From contig CAVTBU010000007.1 in the NCBI GenBank assembly GCA_963733035.1, positions 288,001 through 352,000 on the forward strand: a stretch of 64,000 bases of DNA, read 5' to 3'. How positions within the stretch are numbered: position 1 is the stretch's first letter; each line of letters begins with the position of its first letter. Under the pieces are notes generated by a model. It saw only the letters and a list, made by a program, of their open reading frames with translations, did no database searches and was not told the origin of the DNA. Source of the stretch: Pirellulales bacterium (GTDB lineage: Bacteria; Planctomycetota; Planctomycetia; Pirellulales; PALSA-1355). Position numbers and translations under genes: made by a program. Positions 1-10,373 of this stretch are shown in pieces.

Positions 1-1
1 G

Positions 2-2737
2 CGCGACGACAAGACGATCGTTTTTCGCACCAGGCCGAGTGCTTGCTTTTCAACCAACTTCCACGTGTTGGCGGAAGTCAATCCGGCTGAGGATGCCGCG
101 GAATTCGAGGTGGACTTTCAACTGCAAGCCGGCCGCAGCGTGAACGGTACGGTGCTCGATCCCGAGGGGCGGCCACTGGCCGGGGCTTTGTTTGCCGGGG
201 GCGGAGCGCTGATGAGTTGGCGATTGCCGCCTCTCAAGTCGGCGCGTTTTACGGTCGAGAACGTCGAGCTAAACCAGCCGCGGCGGCTGAGCTTTTTGCA
301 CACCGAACGCCGCCTGGCGGGCAGCGTGCTGCTCTCGGGCAATGAAACCGGGCCGCTGGAAGTCAAACTCCAGCCGTGGGGGACCGTAACTGGCCGCGTG
401 TTGCAAGCTACGGGCGAACCGGCCGACGATGTCGACTTGCTCGGGCTGCTCTTTGGCGACAACGCAGCAGTCGCCAATTTCGGCCTGCTCCCCGACCCGA
501 ATCGAACCCGTACTGATGCCAAGGGTCGCTTTGAGATCGAAGGCCTGGCACCGAACACGCCCTACGCGCTTTCCGCGTCCCAGGGACGCAGAATCCTCGG
601 CGCGGTCATTGAGCAGTTCCAACTCGCCCCCGGCGAAACCAAGGATCTGGGTGATCTGACGATCCACTCGCCAGGTGCGAAAGCCAAACCAGAGCCCGGC
701 GACAAAAAGCAGGCCAGCAACCCTAGTGCCAAGACGCCAGCCGAACAGACCCTCGAGTTCACCGGCAAGGTGCTCGATCCGGCCGGGAAGCCGAAGGTCG
801 ATGCTCAAGTTGCGCTACTTTACTACGACGGTAAGCGCTCCCTGCTTTCGCCGCCGGCGACGACCGGCGACGATGGTGGATTCATGGTGCGTGTGCCGCG
901 CGATCAACTCGCTCCGGATGACGCGAAGTGGGCAACCCTGATCGCGACGGCCGAAGGTCAGGGCTGTGGCTTTGATCGAGCCGCGCCGTTCGAGACAAGC
1001 GGGGCGCTTCTCAAGCTGCTTGAGTCGCATTATCGACACGACGAGTTTGTTGCACGGTCGAAAGACCGCATCTTGCGGCTGGTGGCCGATGACGTGCCGA
1101 TTTCCGGCCGCGTGATCAACCTGGAAGGGCAGGGATTGGTCGGTGCTCGGGTTCGCGTGCGCACCATCTATTCCAACGCAACCGATGGCCTCGACCCGTG
1201 GCTAACGGCCGCCGTGAGTGGCCAGTACATTTTGGGCCAGCTTTGGAAACACCTGCCGGAGTCGATCAGCGGACGGGTTTCGGGTGAGGCGATCGGGCAC
1301 CTGCTGCCCGAAGTGGTCACGGACGCCCAGGGTCGCTTCAAGCTCAGCGGGGTAGGACGCGAGCGGATCATCGAACTGCTCATCTCCGCGGACGGCTTGG
1401 AAACGCGAACTCTCTACGTTCGGACTCGAAACGGCGAAGCCGTGCAACTGCCCCACGATGTTACGGACCCTGATGCGGGCAGCGAAACGGTCTATGGGCC
1501 GACGTTCGAATATGCCCTGGCACCGTCGTTGCCGCTGGTGGGCGTCGTGCGCGATGTCGATAGCGGCAAGCCGCTCGCTGGCGTGAAAGTCGTTCCGGAA
1601 AGAATCGCGGGCGAGCGCCTGCACAGCACGATCTCGTACGACTACTTACAAGACACGACCGACAACGAGGGGCGCTACCGCCTGGTGGGACTGCCGATCG
1701 GCGAAAACAGAATTGCCGCACTTCCCGCGGATGATCAACCCTACCTGCCGGCGGCCATCGAGCTGGAAGCCGACTCGATCAAACAGGAGAACACGCTTGA
1801 CTTTGCGCTCAAACGTGGGGTCTGGATTCGCGGGCGCGCCAGCGATGCTCAAACCGGCGAGCCCATCAAGGGAAATGTGCAATATCTGGCATATCGCGAT
1901 AACCCTAATTTACGAGCCGCCCCCGGTTTGCTCGGGCCGATGGTCTACCGCTGGACCGACGACAATGGCCGCTACCAGGTCGTCGGCTTGCCGGGCCACG
2001 GACTCGTCACGCTGTTGGCGTCAGATGCCGACGACAAGTACCCACGCGGCGCGGGTCGTGAGTCGATCACCATCGAAGAGGGATCGGATTTTGTGCGCAC
2101 GCAACCGTTCCTCGTCTCGCCGGTCAATGCGCATTACCTGGCGGAGCTCAATATCGATGCGGCGGCGAATACCATCGAGCGCGATATTCAACTGCACGTC
2201 GGCAGCGAGCTGCATGGCACCGTCCTCGATCCCGAGGGCAAGCCACTGACAGGCGGACGATGCGCGGGTTTGACCAATATCGCCTATTGGAATGAACTCG
2301 ACGACGAGCATTTTTCCATTCACCACCTGGAACACGACCAGAAGCGACGCATTTACTTTTATCACGAGGCACGAGACCTGGCCGGCAGTATCGAAGTCAG
2401 CGGCAACGCAGCCGGCCCCATCGTTGTGAAGCTGCAGCCGGCGGGCGTGCTTAAAGGTCGCGTGCTATTCGACAACGGTGATCCGGCAGAACATGTCGAG
2501 CTGCACGGCAGTCGTGGAAAGAACCAAGACTTGCCGCGAGGAATCCTTGGCCGTAGAGCTCCACTCACTGATCGCGACGGGAAATTCACGATCTCCGGCC
2601 TGGCGCCAGGCCTGTTCTACAGTCTGCACGTTATTCGCGGCAGCCGCCTTCTTGGCACCCCCATCGAAGACGTCACTGTGGGCCCCGGCGAAACCAAAGA
2701 CCTTGGCGATTTGACGATTCCCGTGCCGGAAAAATAG
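2..2737 (+). CDS. Large protein with repeated carboxypeptidase-regulatory-like (beta-sandwich) modules, 5' end outside window
   Basis: Frame is open from base 2. Recurrent GxVLDPxGxP...GRF motifs. The module GTVLDPEG(R/K)PL...PGETKDLGDLTI occurs twice (~146-663 and ~2216-2719). Typical of planctomycete M56/ECF-fused proteins; N-terminus not visible. Confidence 0.75.
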   Translation, partial: RDDKTIVFRTRPSACFSTNFHVLAEVNPAEDAAEFEVDFQLQAGRSVNGTVLDPEGRPLAGALFAGGGALMSWRLPPLKSARFTVENVELNQPRRLSFLHTERRLAGSVLLSGNETGPLEVKLQPWGTVTGRVLQATGEPADDVDLLGLLFGDNAAVANFGLLPDPNRTRTDAKGRFEIEGLAPNTPYALSASQGRRILGAVIEQFQLAPGETKDLGDLTIHSPGAKAKPEPGDKKQASNPSAKTPAEQTLEFTGKVLDPAGKPKVDAQVALLYYDGKRSLLSPPATTGDDGGFMVRVPRDQLAPDDAKWATLIATAEGQGCGFDRAAPFETSGALLKLLESHYRHDEFVARSKDRILRLVADDVPISGRVINLEGQGLVGARVRVRTIYSNATDGLDPWLTAAVSGQYILGQLWKHLPESISGRVSGEAIGHLLPEVVTDAQGRFKLSGVGRERIIELLISADGLETRTLYVRTRNGEAVQLPHDVTDPDAGSETVYGPTFEYALAPSLPLVGVVRDVDSGKPLAGVKVVPERIAGERLHSTISYDYLQDTTDNEGRYRLVGLPIGENRIAALPADDQPYLPAAIELEADSIKQENTLDFALKRGVWIRGRASDAQTGEPIKGNVQYLAYRDNPNLRAAPGLLGPMVYRWTDDNGRYQVVGLPGHGLVTLLASDADDKYPRGAGRESITIEEGSDFVRTQPFLVSPVNAHYLAELNIDAAANTIERDIQLHVGSELHGTVLDPEGKPLTGGRCAGLTNIAYWNELDDEHFSIHHLEHDQKRRIYFYHEARDLAGSIEVSGNAAGPIVVKLQPAGVLKGRVLFDNGDPAEHVELHGSRGKNQDLPRGILGRRAPLTDRDGKFTISGLAPGLFYSLHVIRGSRLLGTPIEDVTVGPGETKDLGDLTIPVPEK

Positions 2738-2747
2738 GAATCCTTCC

Positions 2748-4121
2748 ATGCCAGCCGCAATGGACCTCTGGAAACCCTACGAACCGTCGCCGTCGCTGCC
2801 CTGGAATCGGCGCCGCGCCGTGCATTTGCATCGACGGGCGGCGTTCGGAGCAACGTGGGGAGAACTGGAGCGGGACCTGGCAGCCGCGCCGCAAGAGGCC
2901 GTCTCGCGACTGTTGTCGGGTGAAGCGCGAATCGACGGCGTTCCCTCCGACTTCGAGGCGACCACAACAATGCTCACCGATGCCGCGGCCGGCTCGCAGC
3001 TCGATCGGCGTTTGAAGGCGGCATGGGTCTATCGGATGTTGTTCACGCCCGATCCACTCGGCGAGCGGCTCACGCTCTTGTGGCACGACCACTTCGCCAC
3101 CAGCAACCTCAAGGTCGAGAATCTGAAGTACATGCGCGAGCAGAACGATGTTTTGCGCGAGCACGCGCGCGATCGATTCGCCCCACTACTCACCGCCGCA
3201 GTGCATAGCTCGGCCACATTGGTGTGGCTCGATGCTGACAGGAACGTGGCCGATCATCCCAATGAAAATCTTGGCCGCGAACTGATGGAGCTATTCACTC
3301 TCGGCATCGGCAATTACGGCGAACAGGACGTGCGGGAAGCGGCCCGGGCGCTGACCGGATGGCGAGTGGCCTCCGACGGTTTCCGCTACAGCTCCGAACG
3401 CCACGACCACGGCGCAAAGACCATTCTCGGCCAGACGAGGGATTTCGACGGTGACTCGCTGCTGGAACTCTTGCTCGCCCAACCGGCCACCGCTCGCCGC
3501 CTCGCGTGGCGAATCTGCCGCCTGCTGTTGGCTGAAACACTCGTCGACGACGCGGTGGTCGATTCGCTTGCCGAACAACTGCGGGCCTCGGAATTGAACA
3601 TCGGCAAGGCCGTGGAAACAGTGCTTCGGTCTCGGCGTTTCTTTGCTGACGAAAACATCGCCGCCACGATTGCCGGTCCGCCGCAGTACGTCATCGCCGC
3701 GGTGCGGACGCTGGAGTGCCTGGCGCCGCCTCCCAGCACGCTGCTGCTGGCCGATTGGATGGCGCGGATGGGGCAGGACCTGTACTATCCGCCCAACGTC
3801 GGCGGCTGGCCGGCCGGCAAGGCCTGGCTCACCTCCGGCGCGATCGTCACTCGGGCGAACTTTGCCGCTGCGCTCGTCGACGGACGGCTGACGCAATCGG
3901 GCGCCGGCCCCGATTTTCGGCGGTTGGTCGAGCGGCATCGCGGCCAGATCAATCTGAATGAAAGCATTGCCTGGTTGGCCGAGTTGCTCTTTGGCGGTTT
4001 ACCGCCGGAAACCGTCGCGGATATTGAAACCGCCGCTGGCACGCGGGGCGGCGACGATGCGGCGCAACTCTCGTCGGCCGTGCTGATTTTGCTAACCCGA
4101 CCAGAGGCACACTTGGCCTAG
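2748..4121 (+). CDS. DUF1800 family protein
   Basis: LxERLTLLWHDHFATS, NENLGRELMELFTLG and PPNVGGWP motifs; directly upstream of a DUF1501 gene. Confidence 0.9.
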   Translation: MPAAMDLWKPYEPSPSLPWNRRRAVHLHRRAAFGATWGELERDLAAAPQEAVSRLLSGEARIDGVPSDFEATTTMLTDAAAGSQLDRRLKAAWVYRMLFTPDPLGERLTLLWHDHFATSNLKVENLKYMREQNDVLREHARDRFAPLLTAAVHSSATLVWLDADRNVADHPNENLGRELMELFTLGIGNYGEQDVREAARALTGWRVASDGFRYSSERHDHGAKTILGQTRDFDGDSLLELLLAQPATARRLAWRICRLLLAETLVDDAVVDSLAEQLRASELNIGKAVETVLRSRRFFADENIAATIAGPPQYVIAAVRTLECLAPPPSTLLLADWMARMGQDLYYPPNVGGWPAGKAWLTSGAIVTRANFAAALVDGRLTQSGAGPDFRRLVERHRGQINLNESIAWLAELLFGGLPPETVADIETAAGTRGGDDAAQLSSAVLILLTRPEAHLA

Positions 4122-4180
4122 CCCATTTGAATTGTCAAACAGGATAAACGACTAACCGCAAGCCACCGGAGACCCACGTC

Positions 4181-5374
4181 ATGCTTACGCGTCGACAAAT
4201 GCTGGAGCGGTCGCTGCTGCTTTCGCTCTCCCCGGTGGTGCCGGCGTTTCTAGCCCGCGCCGCGCAAGCCGCCCAAGCCGAGCGCGATCGGCGAATCCTG
4301 GTCGTGATTCAACTCGAAGGGGGCAACGACGGCCTCAATACCGTGGTGCCGTATCGCGATGAGAACTACGCCAGGCTGCGGCCCAAGCTCAAAGTCGAAA
4401 CCGATCGCTTGATCAAGCTCGGCGACGAGGTGGCCTTGCATCCGTCACTCGAGCCGCTGGGAAAACTGTTCGACGACGGACGCTTGAGCGTCGTGCAAGG
4501 GGTCGGCTATCCGAATCCGAATCGCTCGCACTTCCGCAGCATGGCCATCTGGCATGCTGCCCGACTGGAGGAAGCCGAGCATGGGCAATACGGCTGGCTG
4601 GGTCGTGCGCTCGATTTGCGGGCCGCGGCCGAAAATAGTCCGCAGGCGGTTTATGCCAGTCCGGCGTCGGTGCCGGTGGCGCTGTGGGGGCGCCGTGCTG
4701 TGACGGCCGTCGTTCGTTCGAAGGACGAATTGCGACTCGACGCGCCCGCGGAGTTGCTACAGGCGGCTTCCAGGGTCGCCCCAAGCAGTTCTGACTTGGT
4801 CCAATCGATTGCCGGGACGTGTCACGACGCGTTTGCCACCTGCCAGCGGTTGGAGCCAGTCTTGGCTGCCGAGCAGAATGCCGGCGCCTCTTCGAGCCGG
4901 CTATCGGAGGACCTGACGACCATCTCCGCGTTGATCAAAGGGGATGCTCCAGCCCGAGTCTATTACGCTGTGCAGACCGGCTACGACACGCACGCTTCGC
5001 AGCAATACGACCATGCGCGCCTGCTCCGCACGCTGGGCCGCGCGGTGGACCAGTTCCTGTCGGATCTGAAGGCCAGCGGCTTGGACGATCGCGTACTGGT
5101 GCTGGCCTTCAGCGAGTTCGGCCGCCGGGCCGCCGAAAATGCCTCGGCCGGCACCGACCACGGCGCCGCGGCTCCAGTGTTTCTGGCGGGGCCCAAATTG
5201 GCCGCTGGGCTGCTCGGCCCGGCACCGAACCTGGGAGATCTGGAGGACGGCGACGTACGGATGGCGTTCGACTTTCGCCGCCTCTATGCCACGCTGCTCG
5301 ACGAGTGGTTGCAAATTCCCTCGCGCGAGGTTCTTCCGGACGCGTTCGAGCCACTGCCGATTTTGCGGGGTTAG
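4181..5374 (+). CDS. DUF1501 family protein with Tat signal
   Basis: MLTRRQML twin-arginine start; QLEGGNDGLNT, NRSHFRS, GYDTH, FSEFGRR and GTDHG motifs. Confidence 0.9.
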   Translation: MLTRRQMLERSLLLSLSPVVPAFLARAAQAAQAERDRRILVVIQLEGGNDGLNTVVPYRDENYARLRPKLKVETDRLIKLGDEVALHPSLEPLGKLFDDGRLSVVQGVGYPNPNRSHFRSMAIWHAARLEEAEHGQYGWLGRALDLRAAAENSPQAVYASPASVPVALWGRRAVTAVVRSKDELRLDAPAELLQAASRVAPSSSDLVQSIAGTCHDAFATCQRLEPVLAAEQNAGASSSRLSEDLTTISALIKGDAPARVYYAVQTGYDTHASQQYDHARLLRTLGRAVDQFLSDLKASGLDDRVLVLAFSEFGRRAAENASAGTDHGAAAPVFLAGPKLAAGLLGPAPNLGDLEDGDVRMAFDFRRLYATLLDEWLQIPSREVLPDAFEPLPILRG

Positions 5375-5478
5375 CCGGCTACCGGCGGCGTTTTGGTGTT
5401 CGCCGCGGCAAGCTAGAATTTGAGAGCGTTCGACCGTGAATCCTCTCATTGTCACCTAGCCTGCCAAAGCCCTGAGCC

Positions 5479-6549
5479 ATGCGAACGATTCTGGTTACCG
5501 GCGGCGCCGGATTCATCGGCAGTTGCCTGGTGCGACAACTGGCGGGGCACCGGATCGCGCGGATTGTCAACCTTGATAAGTTGACCTACGCAGGCCATCT
5601 CGAATCGCTTGCCGCGGTGCGCGATGATCCGCGGTGCGTGTTCGTTCGGGGTGACATCGCCGACGTTGCTCTGATCGGCGCGCTGCTCGCCGAACACCAA
5701 CCCGAGGCAATTGTGAACCTGGCTGCCGAGACGCACGTCGACCGCTCGATTGACACGCCGACGCCGTTTGTCGAAACCAATGTCGTCGGAACCGCGCGAC
5801 TTTTGGAGACGACGCTCCGCTACTGGCAATCGCTGGCCCCGGGCGAGCGCGAGACCTTTCGTTTTCTGCACGTTTCGACGGATGAAGTCTTCGGCTCGCT
5901 TGGAGCGACGGGCCGCTTCAGCGAATCATCGCCGGCGGCGCCAAATTCCCCCTACGCCGCATCTAAGGCTGCTGGCGACCACTTCGTGCGAGCCTACCAT
6001 CACACCTACGGGCTGCCGACGCTGCTCATTCATTGCTCGAACAATTATGGGCCGTACCAGTTTCCGGAAAAGCTCGTGCCGCTGGCAATTCTGGCGGCAG
6101 TCGAGGGCCGGCCAATTCCCCTTTATGGAGACGGTCAGCAGCTGCGAGACTGGCTGCACGTGGAGGATCACTGCCAGGGACTGCTCGCGGCGCTTGAGTA
6201 CGGCCAACCAGGCGACACCTATTGTTTCGGAAGTGAAATAGAACGGACAAACCTATCCGTGGTCGAATCGCTTTGCCGCATTGTCGACGAATTATGCCCT
6301 CCAGCTGCCCCATCCGCTGAGCGAATTCAATTTGTGGCCGATCGCCTGGGCCACGATTGCCGCTATGCGATCGATACAACCAAGGCACGTCGGGAGTTGA
6401 AGTGGCAACCGCGCCGCGACTTCGAGAGCGGCTTACGTCAAACGGTCGAGTGGTACTTGCAACACCAGGCTTGGGTGCAGCAAGTGAGCCGCGGCGTATA
6501 CGGCGGTGAGCGACTGGGGCTTGGTCGTCGCGCCGCCGTCAACGATTAG
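5479..6549 (+). CDS. rfbB: dTDP-glucose 4,6-dehydratase
   Basis: ILVTGGAGFIGS, DKLTYAG, AAETHVDRSI, HVSTDEV, YAASK, NNYGPYQFPEKL. Confidence 0.95.
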   Translation: MRTILVTGGAGFIGSCLVRQLAGHRIARIVNLDKLTYAGHLESLAAVRDDPRCVFVRGDIADVALIGALLAEHQPEAIVNLAAETHVDRSIDTPTPFVETNVVGTARLLETTLRYWQSLAPGERETFRFLHVSTDEVFGSLGATGRFSESSPAAPNSPYAASKAAGDHFVRAYHHTYGLPTLLIHCSNNYGPYQFPEKLVPLAILAAVEGRPIPLYGDGQQLRDWLHVEDHCQGLLAALEYGQPGDTYCFGSEIERTNLSVVESLCRIVDELCPPAAPSAERIQFVADRLGHDCRYAIDTTKARRELKWQPRRDFESGLRQTVEWYLQHQAWVQQVSRGVYGGERLGLGRRAAVND

Positions 6550-6568
6550 TCGAGACAATCGCACTGGG

Positions 6569-7453
6569 ATGACGACCGACTATTTCAACAAGGGCATCCT
6601 GTTGGCCGGCGGCAATGGAAGCCGGCTCTACCCGCTCACGCGCGCGGTCAACAAACATCTGCTGCCGGTGTACGACAAGCCAATGATCTACTATCCGCTG
6701 TCGACCCTCATGCTGGCCGGCGTGCGCGAGATCCTGCTGATTACCACCCCGCGAGATGTTGCCGCATTCGAAGCACAACTCGGCGACGGCAGTCAGCTCG
6801 GCCTCTCGCTGCGATACGCCGTGCAGCCGCGACCCGAGGGAATTGCGCAGGCGCTCGTGATTGGCCGTTCGTTCGTCGGCAGCGACCACGTGGTACTGAT
6901 CTTGGGCGATAACCTTTTCCTCGACCCGGGCTTTCAGGACATACTGGCCCGAGCGGCTTCGCGGCCCACAGGTGCAACCGTGTTTGCCTACCCGGTTGAG
7001 GATGCTCAGCGCTATGGAGTCATCGAGCTGGACGAGCGGCAGCAGCCGGTTTCGGTGGTCGAGAAGCCCGCACAGCCCAAGTCGAACCTCGCCCTAACGG
7101 GCCTTTATTTCTACGACGGCCAGGCGGCCGACATCGCCGCTTCGCTCGAGCCCTCGGCCCGAGGCGAACTTGAGATCACCGACGTCAATCGCCGTTATCT
7201 TGAGCAGCGCCAACTGCACGTCGAACCGTTCACGACCGAATTCGGCTGGTTCGACGCGGGTACGCACGAGTCGCTCGCCGAATCGGCTGCCTATGTGCAA
7301 GCCCTCGAAACCCGTCAGGGGGTGAAGATCGGCTGCATCGAAGAGATCGCCTGGCAAAAGGGCTACATCACTGCCGACGGGCTTGCCCAACTGGCCGGCC
7401 AAATGCCGAACGATTACGGGGCCTATCTCCGGCGATTGCTCGACGAGCCCTGA
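6569..7453 (+). CDS. rfbA: Glucose-1-phosphate thymidylyltransferase
   Basis: GILLAGGNGSRLYPLT, KHLLPVYDKPMIYYPL, ARGELEITD, WFDAGTHESL; ATG at 6569 chosen as start. Confidence 0.95.
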   Translation: MTTDYFNKGILLAGGNGSRLYPLTRAVNKHLLPVYDKPMIYYPLSTLMLAGVREILLITTPRDVAAFEAQLGDGSQLGLSLRYAVQPRPEGIAQALVIGRSFVGSDHVVLILGDNLFLDPGFQDILARAASRPTGATVFAYPVEDAQRYGVIELDERQQPVSVVEKPAQPKSNLALTGLYFYDGQAADIAASLEPSARGELEITDVNRRYLEQRQLHVEPFTTEFGWFDAGTHESLAESAAYVQALETRQGVKIGCIEEIAWQKGYITADGLAQLAGQMPNDYGAYLRRLLDEP

Positions 7454-7481
7454 TCCCTTCGGCCGACGGCATTCCACGCGC

Positions 7482-7520
7482 AAAAAAATGGCCCCGCGCG
7501 ACTCGCGACGCGCGGGGCCA
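7482..7520 (-). terminator. Intrinsic terminator of the minus-strand redoxin gene (possibly bidirectional)
   Basis: Perfect 12-bp stem tggccccgcgcg (7489-7500) / cgcgcggggcca (7509-7520). The A7 run at 7482-7488 gives a U-tract on the minus strand. Lies between convergent genes. Confidence 0.85.
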
Positions 7521-7562
7521 AAGCGCAGATGGGCAATCCGCGTTTGACGTCTCTTCAAAAAA

Positions 7563-9872
7563 TCACTTCTGGGCCACGGTCGTGCCAGAGGTCATCTGCC
7601 GGGCCACTTCTTCCAGGAGCTGCACCGCCTCGGGTGGGAAGGCCCCCGCCTCGGCGCTCCAAAAGTTGATGGTTGCACGTTTCCCATCGATCACCACCGG
7701 CACGTGCATGCTCGAACGGATGTCTTTGTGCGACATGCCGGCCATGATCGAACCGTGCGTGTCCGACATGTCCTGATTCACAACCGTCTTGTCACCTTCG
7801 GCATATTCGGCCAACGATTGGCCCTTGGTCCGCACGACGGTCGAACGACTCGTGAGCGACGTGCGGACGCCGGGCCGCTCGTTGATCGACTGCAGACGCA
7901 GCCGACCGTTCTCGATCGCCGTGACACAAACGCGATCGAGCTGGGGAACGAGTTCCATTAACTGCCAGGTGAATCGATCAAACGACTTGTCCGACGTGAG
8001 CGCCACTTGCGCCTGGGCCTTGAACTCATCGTCCAACTTCACCGTATCAACACCGGCCAGGAACTCCTTCAGCCGCGTGGAAGACGCCGTGGCCGGCTTT
8101 GTCAAATCCTGGTCGGCCAACGCCATCTCGAACCAGCCGAACATCATTTCGTCCCAGGTTTGCTCGCCCCAGCCGACTTCCGCCGATGGGTCGGGGTTCG
8201 CCAGATTGTCCTCGGAGTTGTCGAAGTGGGCTACGCAGTGCATCCGCGTCCCCTTGGGCAAATACTTCGGCTCGGCCAATTCATACGTCGTCTGCCAACC
8301 GAAATCGTACATCGGAATCCAAAGCACGGTTTCCAACTTGCCATCCGGATAGATCAAGTCGTACCGGAAATCCTTGCCGCGCAGGTGCATGTGAGGCGAC
8401 ACGGAGAGCAACAGCGAGTTGTTCCGAAAGACGTAGTCGGCCTCGACCGGATAGTCAGCGGCTTGAGGCGGGATTTTGAAGGTGAAGTTGGCGGCATTCT
8501 GCACGGCCACTTCCTTCTTCACCGTCTTCGGGTCGGCAAATACAAAGCCCGCAAAGCTGCGATCAAGCTGCTTCGTGCCGTTCGCCGTGTAGTGCATCTC
8601 GAACAGAAACTTCGTCCCCTTTTGCACGAAGCGGGCGTAACCTTCGGGCAGCGGGACCTGGCGTAGTCCGGGAGCATAGGCTCCCAGCCAGTTCGAACGC
8701 AGCCGCCCGGCCCGGCCCGTGGGCGTTACGCCCGGCGGCACCAGGTAGACGATGATGTGGTGCACGACCGCCGGATTCCCCGGAACGCATTCGATCGCTT
8801 GCACCCACTTGTCTTCGGTCCAACCGGGGTCGACGACAAAGCGTTGGTACTCAATCGTTCCACTGGCCGGCACTTCGTATGGTTTGTCCGCCATGTACAG
8901 TACTTCGTCCGGAGTCGGAATCTGCCAGCCTTCCGGAAAACTGGGGGCCGGCGGCAGTTCCTTCGGGTCGCCCTCGGGTGCTCCGTTGTCCACCCACGTG
9001 AAGATCAACTCCTTTTCCTTGTCGCTCAGGCGTGCGTCGTTGGCGAAATGCCCCACGTCCGGATCGGCATGCCAGGGAGGCATGCGCCGCTCGGCAACCA
9101 CTTCGCGAATCATTTCGGCCCAGCCCACGCATTGCTCGTAGGTCGTCATCGGGAATGGACCAATCTGACCCTCGCGGTGACACGCCACGCAGTTGGCATT
9201 GAAGATCGCGGCGATGTCTTTAGTAAAGGTAACCTTGCTGTCGGCCACGGGCTTTTTGACACGGCCAATGTGACAACCTTGTGCCAGCGTCACCGGCTGG
9301 GTAACTGGCTTGCCGGCGAGCAATTCTTCGATGGCGACCGCCAAATCCCGACGCTTCGGTTCTTCGCGCTGATAGGCGATGCCGTTGCCTTGAAATCCGA
9401 ATTGATCATCCACGCGGCCCCAATAGCGAATCACGCGGTCTTGATCGAGCACGAACATTTCCGGCGTGCGGATCGCGCCGAATTGGTCGGCGATCACGTT
9501 GTTCACGTCTTTCAGCACGGGGCACGCGATGCCATGAAGCCGCGCATAGTGCGCGATTTCGGCGATCGAGTCCTGCTGATTCGAATCGACCACCACCAGC
9601 GCCACGCTCTTGTCGGCGAACTCGTCCTCGAGGGCTGCCAATCGCGGGCCGTAAAGTTTGGCCAGCGGGCACTCCGTGCCCATAAACGCCACGACGACCA
9701 GCTTCTTGTCGGCAAAGTCTGACAACTGATGCTGTTTGCCATCGACGTCCTTTGCCGAGAAGGCGTCAATTTTCTTGCCGATCGGCGAGCTGTCTTCGGC
9801 TCGAACGTCCGCAAACTGTAGGGAAACCACGCCGACCGCGAGACATGTCAGCGAGAGAAGCCGCTTGCCCAT
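7563..9872 (-). CDS. Exported redoxin + cytochrome c + Cu type II ascorbate-dependent monooxygenase-like protein with C-terminal GAF-like domain
   Basis: Start MGKRLL after GGGAGG SD, then signal peptide; redoxin (GTECPLA, RTPEMF); CVACH heme motif; VVHH, HMHLRG and DEMM Cu-ligand-like motifs; GAF-like tail (IRSSMHVPVVIDG...AFPPEAVQLLEEVARQM). Confidence 0.8.
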   Translation of the reverse strand: MGKRLLSLTCLAVGVVSLQFADVRAEDSSPIGKKIDAFSAKDVDGKQHQLSDFADKKLVVVAFMGTECPLAKLYGPRLAALEDEFADKSVALVVVDSNQQDSIAEIAHYARLHGIACPVLKDVNNVIADQFGAIRTPEMFVLDQDRVIRYWGRVDDQFGFQGNGIAYQREEPKRRDLAVAIEELLAGKPVTQPVTLAQGCHIGRVKKPVADSKVTFTKDIAAIFNANCVACHREGQIGPFPMTTYEQCVGWAEMIREVVAERRMPPWHADPDVGHFANDARLSDKEKELIFTWVDNGAPEGDPKELPPAPSFPEGWQIPTPDEVLYMADKPYEVPASGTIEYQRFVVDPGWTEDKWVQAIECVPGNPAVVHHIIVYLVPPGVTPTGRAGRLRSNWLGAYAPGLRQVPLPEGYARFVQKGTKFLFEMHYTANGTKQLDRSFAGFVFADPKTVKKEVAVQNAANFTFKIPPQAADYPVEADYVFRNNSLLLSVSPHMHLRGKDFRYDLIYPDGKLETVLWIPMYDFGWQTTYELAEPKYLPKGTRMHCVAHFDNSEDNLANPDPSAEVGWGEQTWDEMMFGWFEMALADQDLTKPATASSTRLKEFLAGVDTVKLDDEFKAQAQVALTSDKSFDRFTWQLMELVPQLDRVCVTAIENGRLRLQSINERPGVRTSLTSRSTVVRTKGQSLAEYAEGDKTVVNQDMSDTHGSIMAGMSHKDIRSSMHVPVVIDGKRATINFWSAEAGAFPPEAVQLLEEVARQMTSGTTVAQK

Positions 9873-10308
9873 CTGTCGATCCTCCCTTGCCCTGCGAGGC
9901 AATGTCGCGCCCCTTGGTTGCAGTCCTGGCAAGTGACCGGTGGGGCGCCTGACCGGCGCGAGTGATCCGGCGTGATGCAATTTGTATACCAGCGTTGTAA
10001 ATCGGCAACTACCAAGCACTAGCGGTGTGCGATATGCGAGCGGTGCGCGCCCGCTCAGGTGTGCGTGCGTGCGCCTGAGCACATGTGCGAACTTCGCCAG
10101 GGCTCTGGCCGACAGCGCGCTCGCGCGGTGTTGGCGGAATAGATAGACGAAGACGCCCACGGTCGGAGGTGCTTTGCCGATACGGCCGGCGGCTCACACA
10201 GGTCCTGCCGGATTTCGCACGCCACAAAGGAGCTGGGGAGTACGGCCAGTGTCGGCGTTGCCGATGTGGACAACATGTATATGTATCGTCGTGCCATCGA
10301 CAGCCAAT

Positions 10309-10338
10309 TTGACAGGCCCAGCCAAAGGGAATTATCGT
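10309..10338 (+). promoter_or_regulatory. Putative sigma70 promoter of the PSCyt gene
   Basis: TTGACA (10309-10314), 18-nt spacer, TATCGT (10333-10338), 35 nt before the ATG at 10374. Confidence 0.5.
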
Positions 10339-10373
10339 AAGGGCTGTAGGTACCCGCCTTTAGCCGCAATCGC

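Noticed and set aside
5479..7453. Horizontally acquired polysaccharide island
   Set aside because: Only rfbB-rfbA are present, with no rfbC/rfbD, glycosyltransferases, mobility genes or obvious compositional shift.
9873..10373. ncRNA or small gene in the 500-nt divergent intergenic region
   Set aside because: Only weak GC-rich hairpins and a promoter-like motif; no recognisable RNA family or credible ORF.
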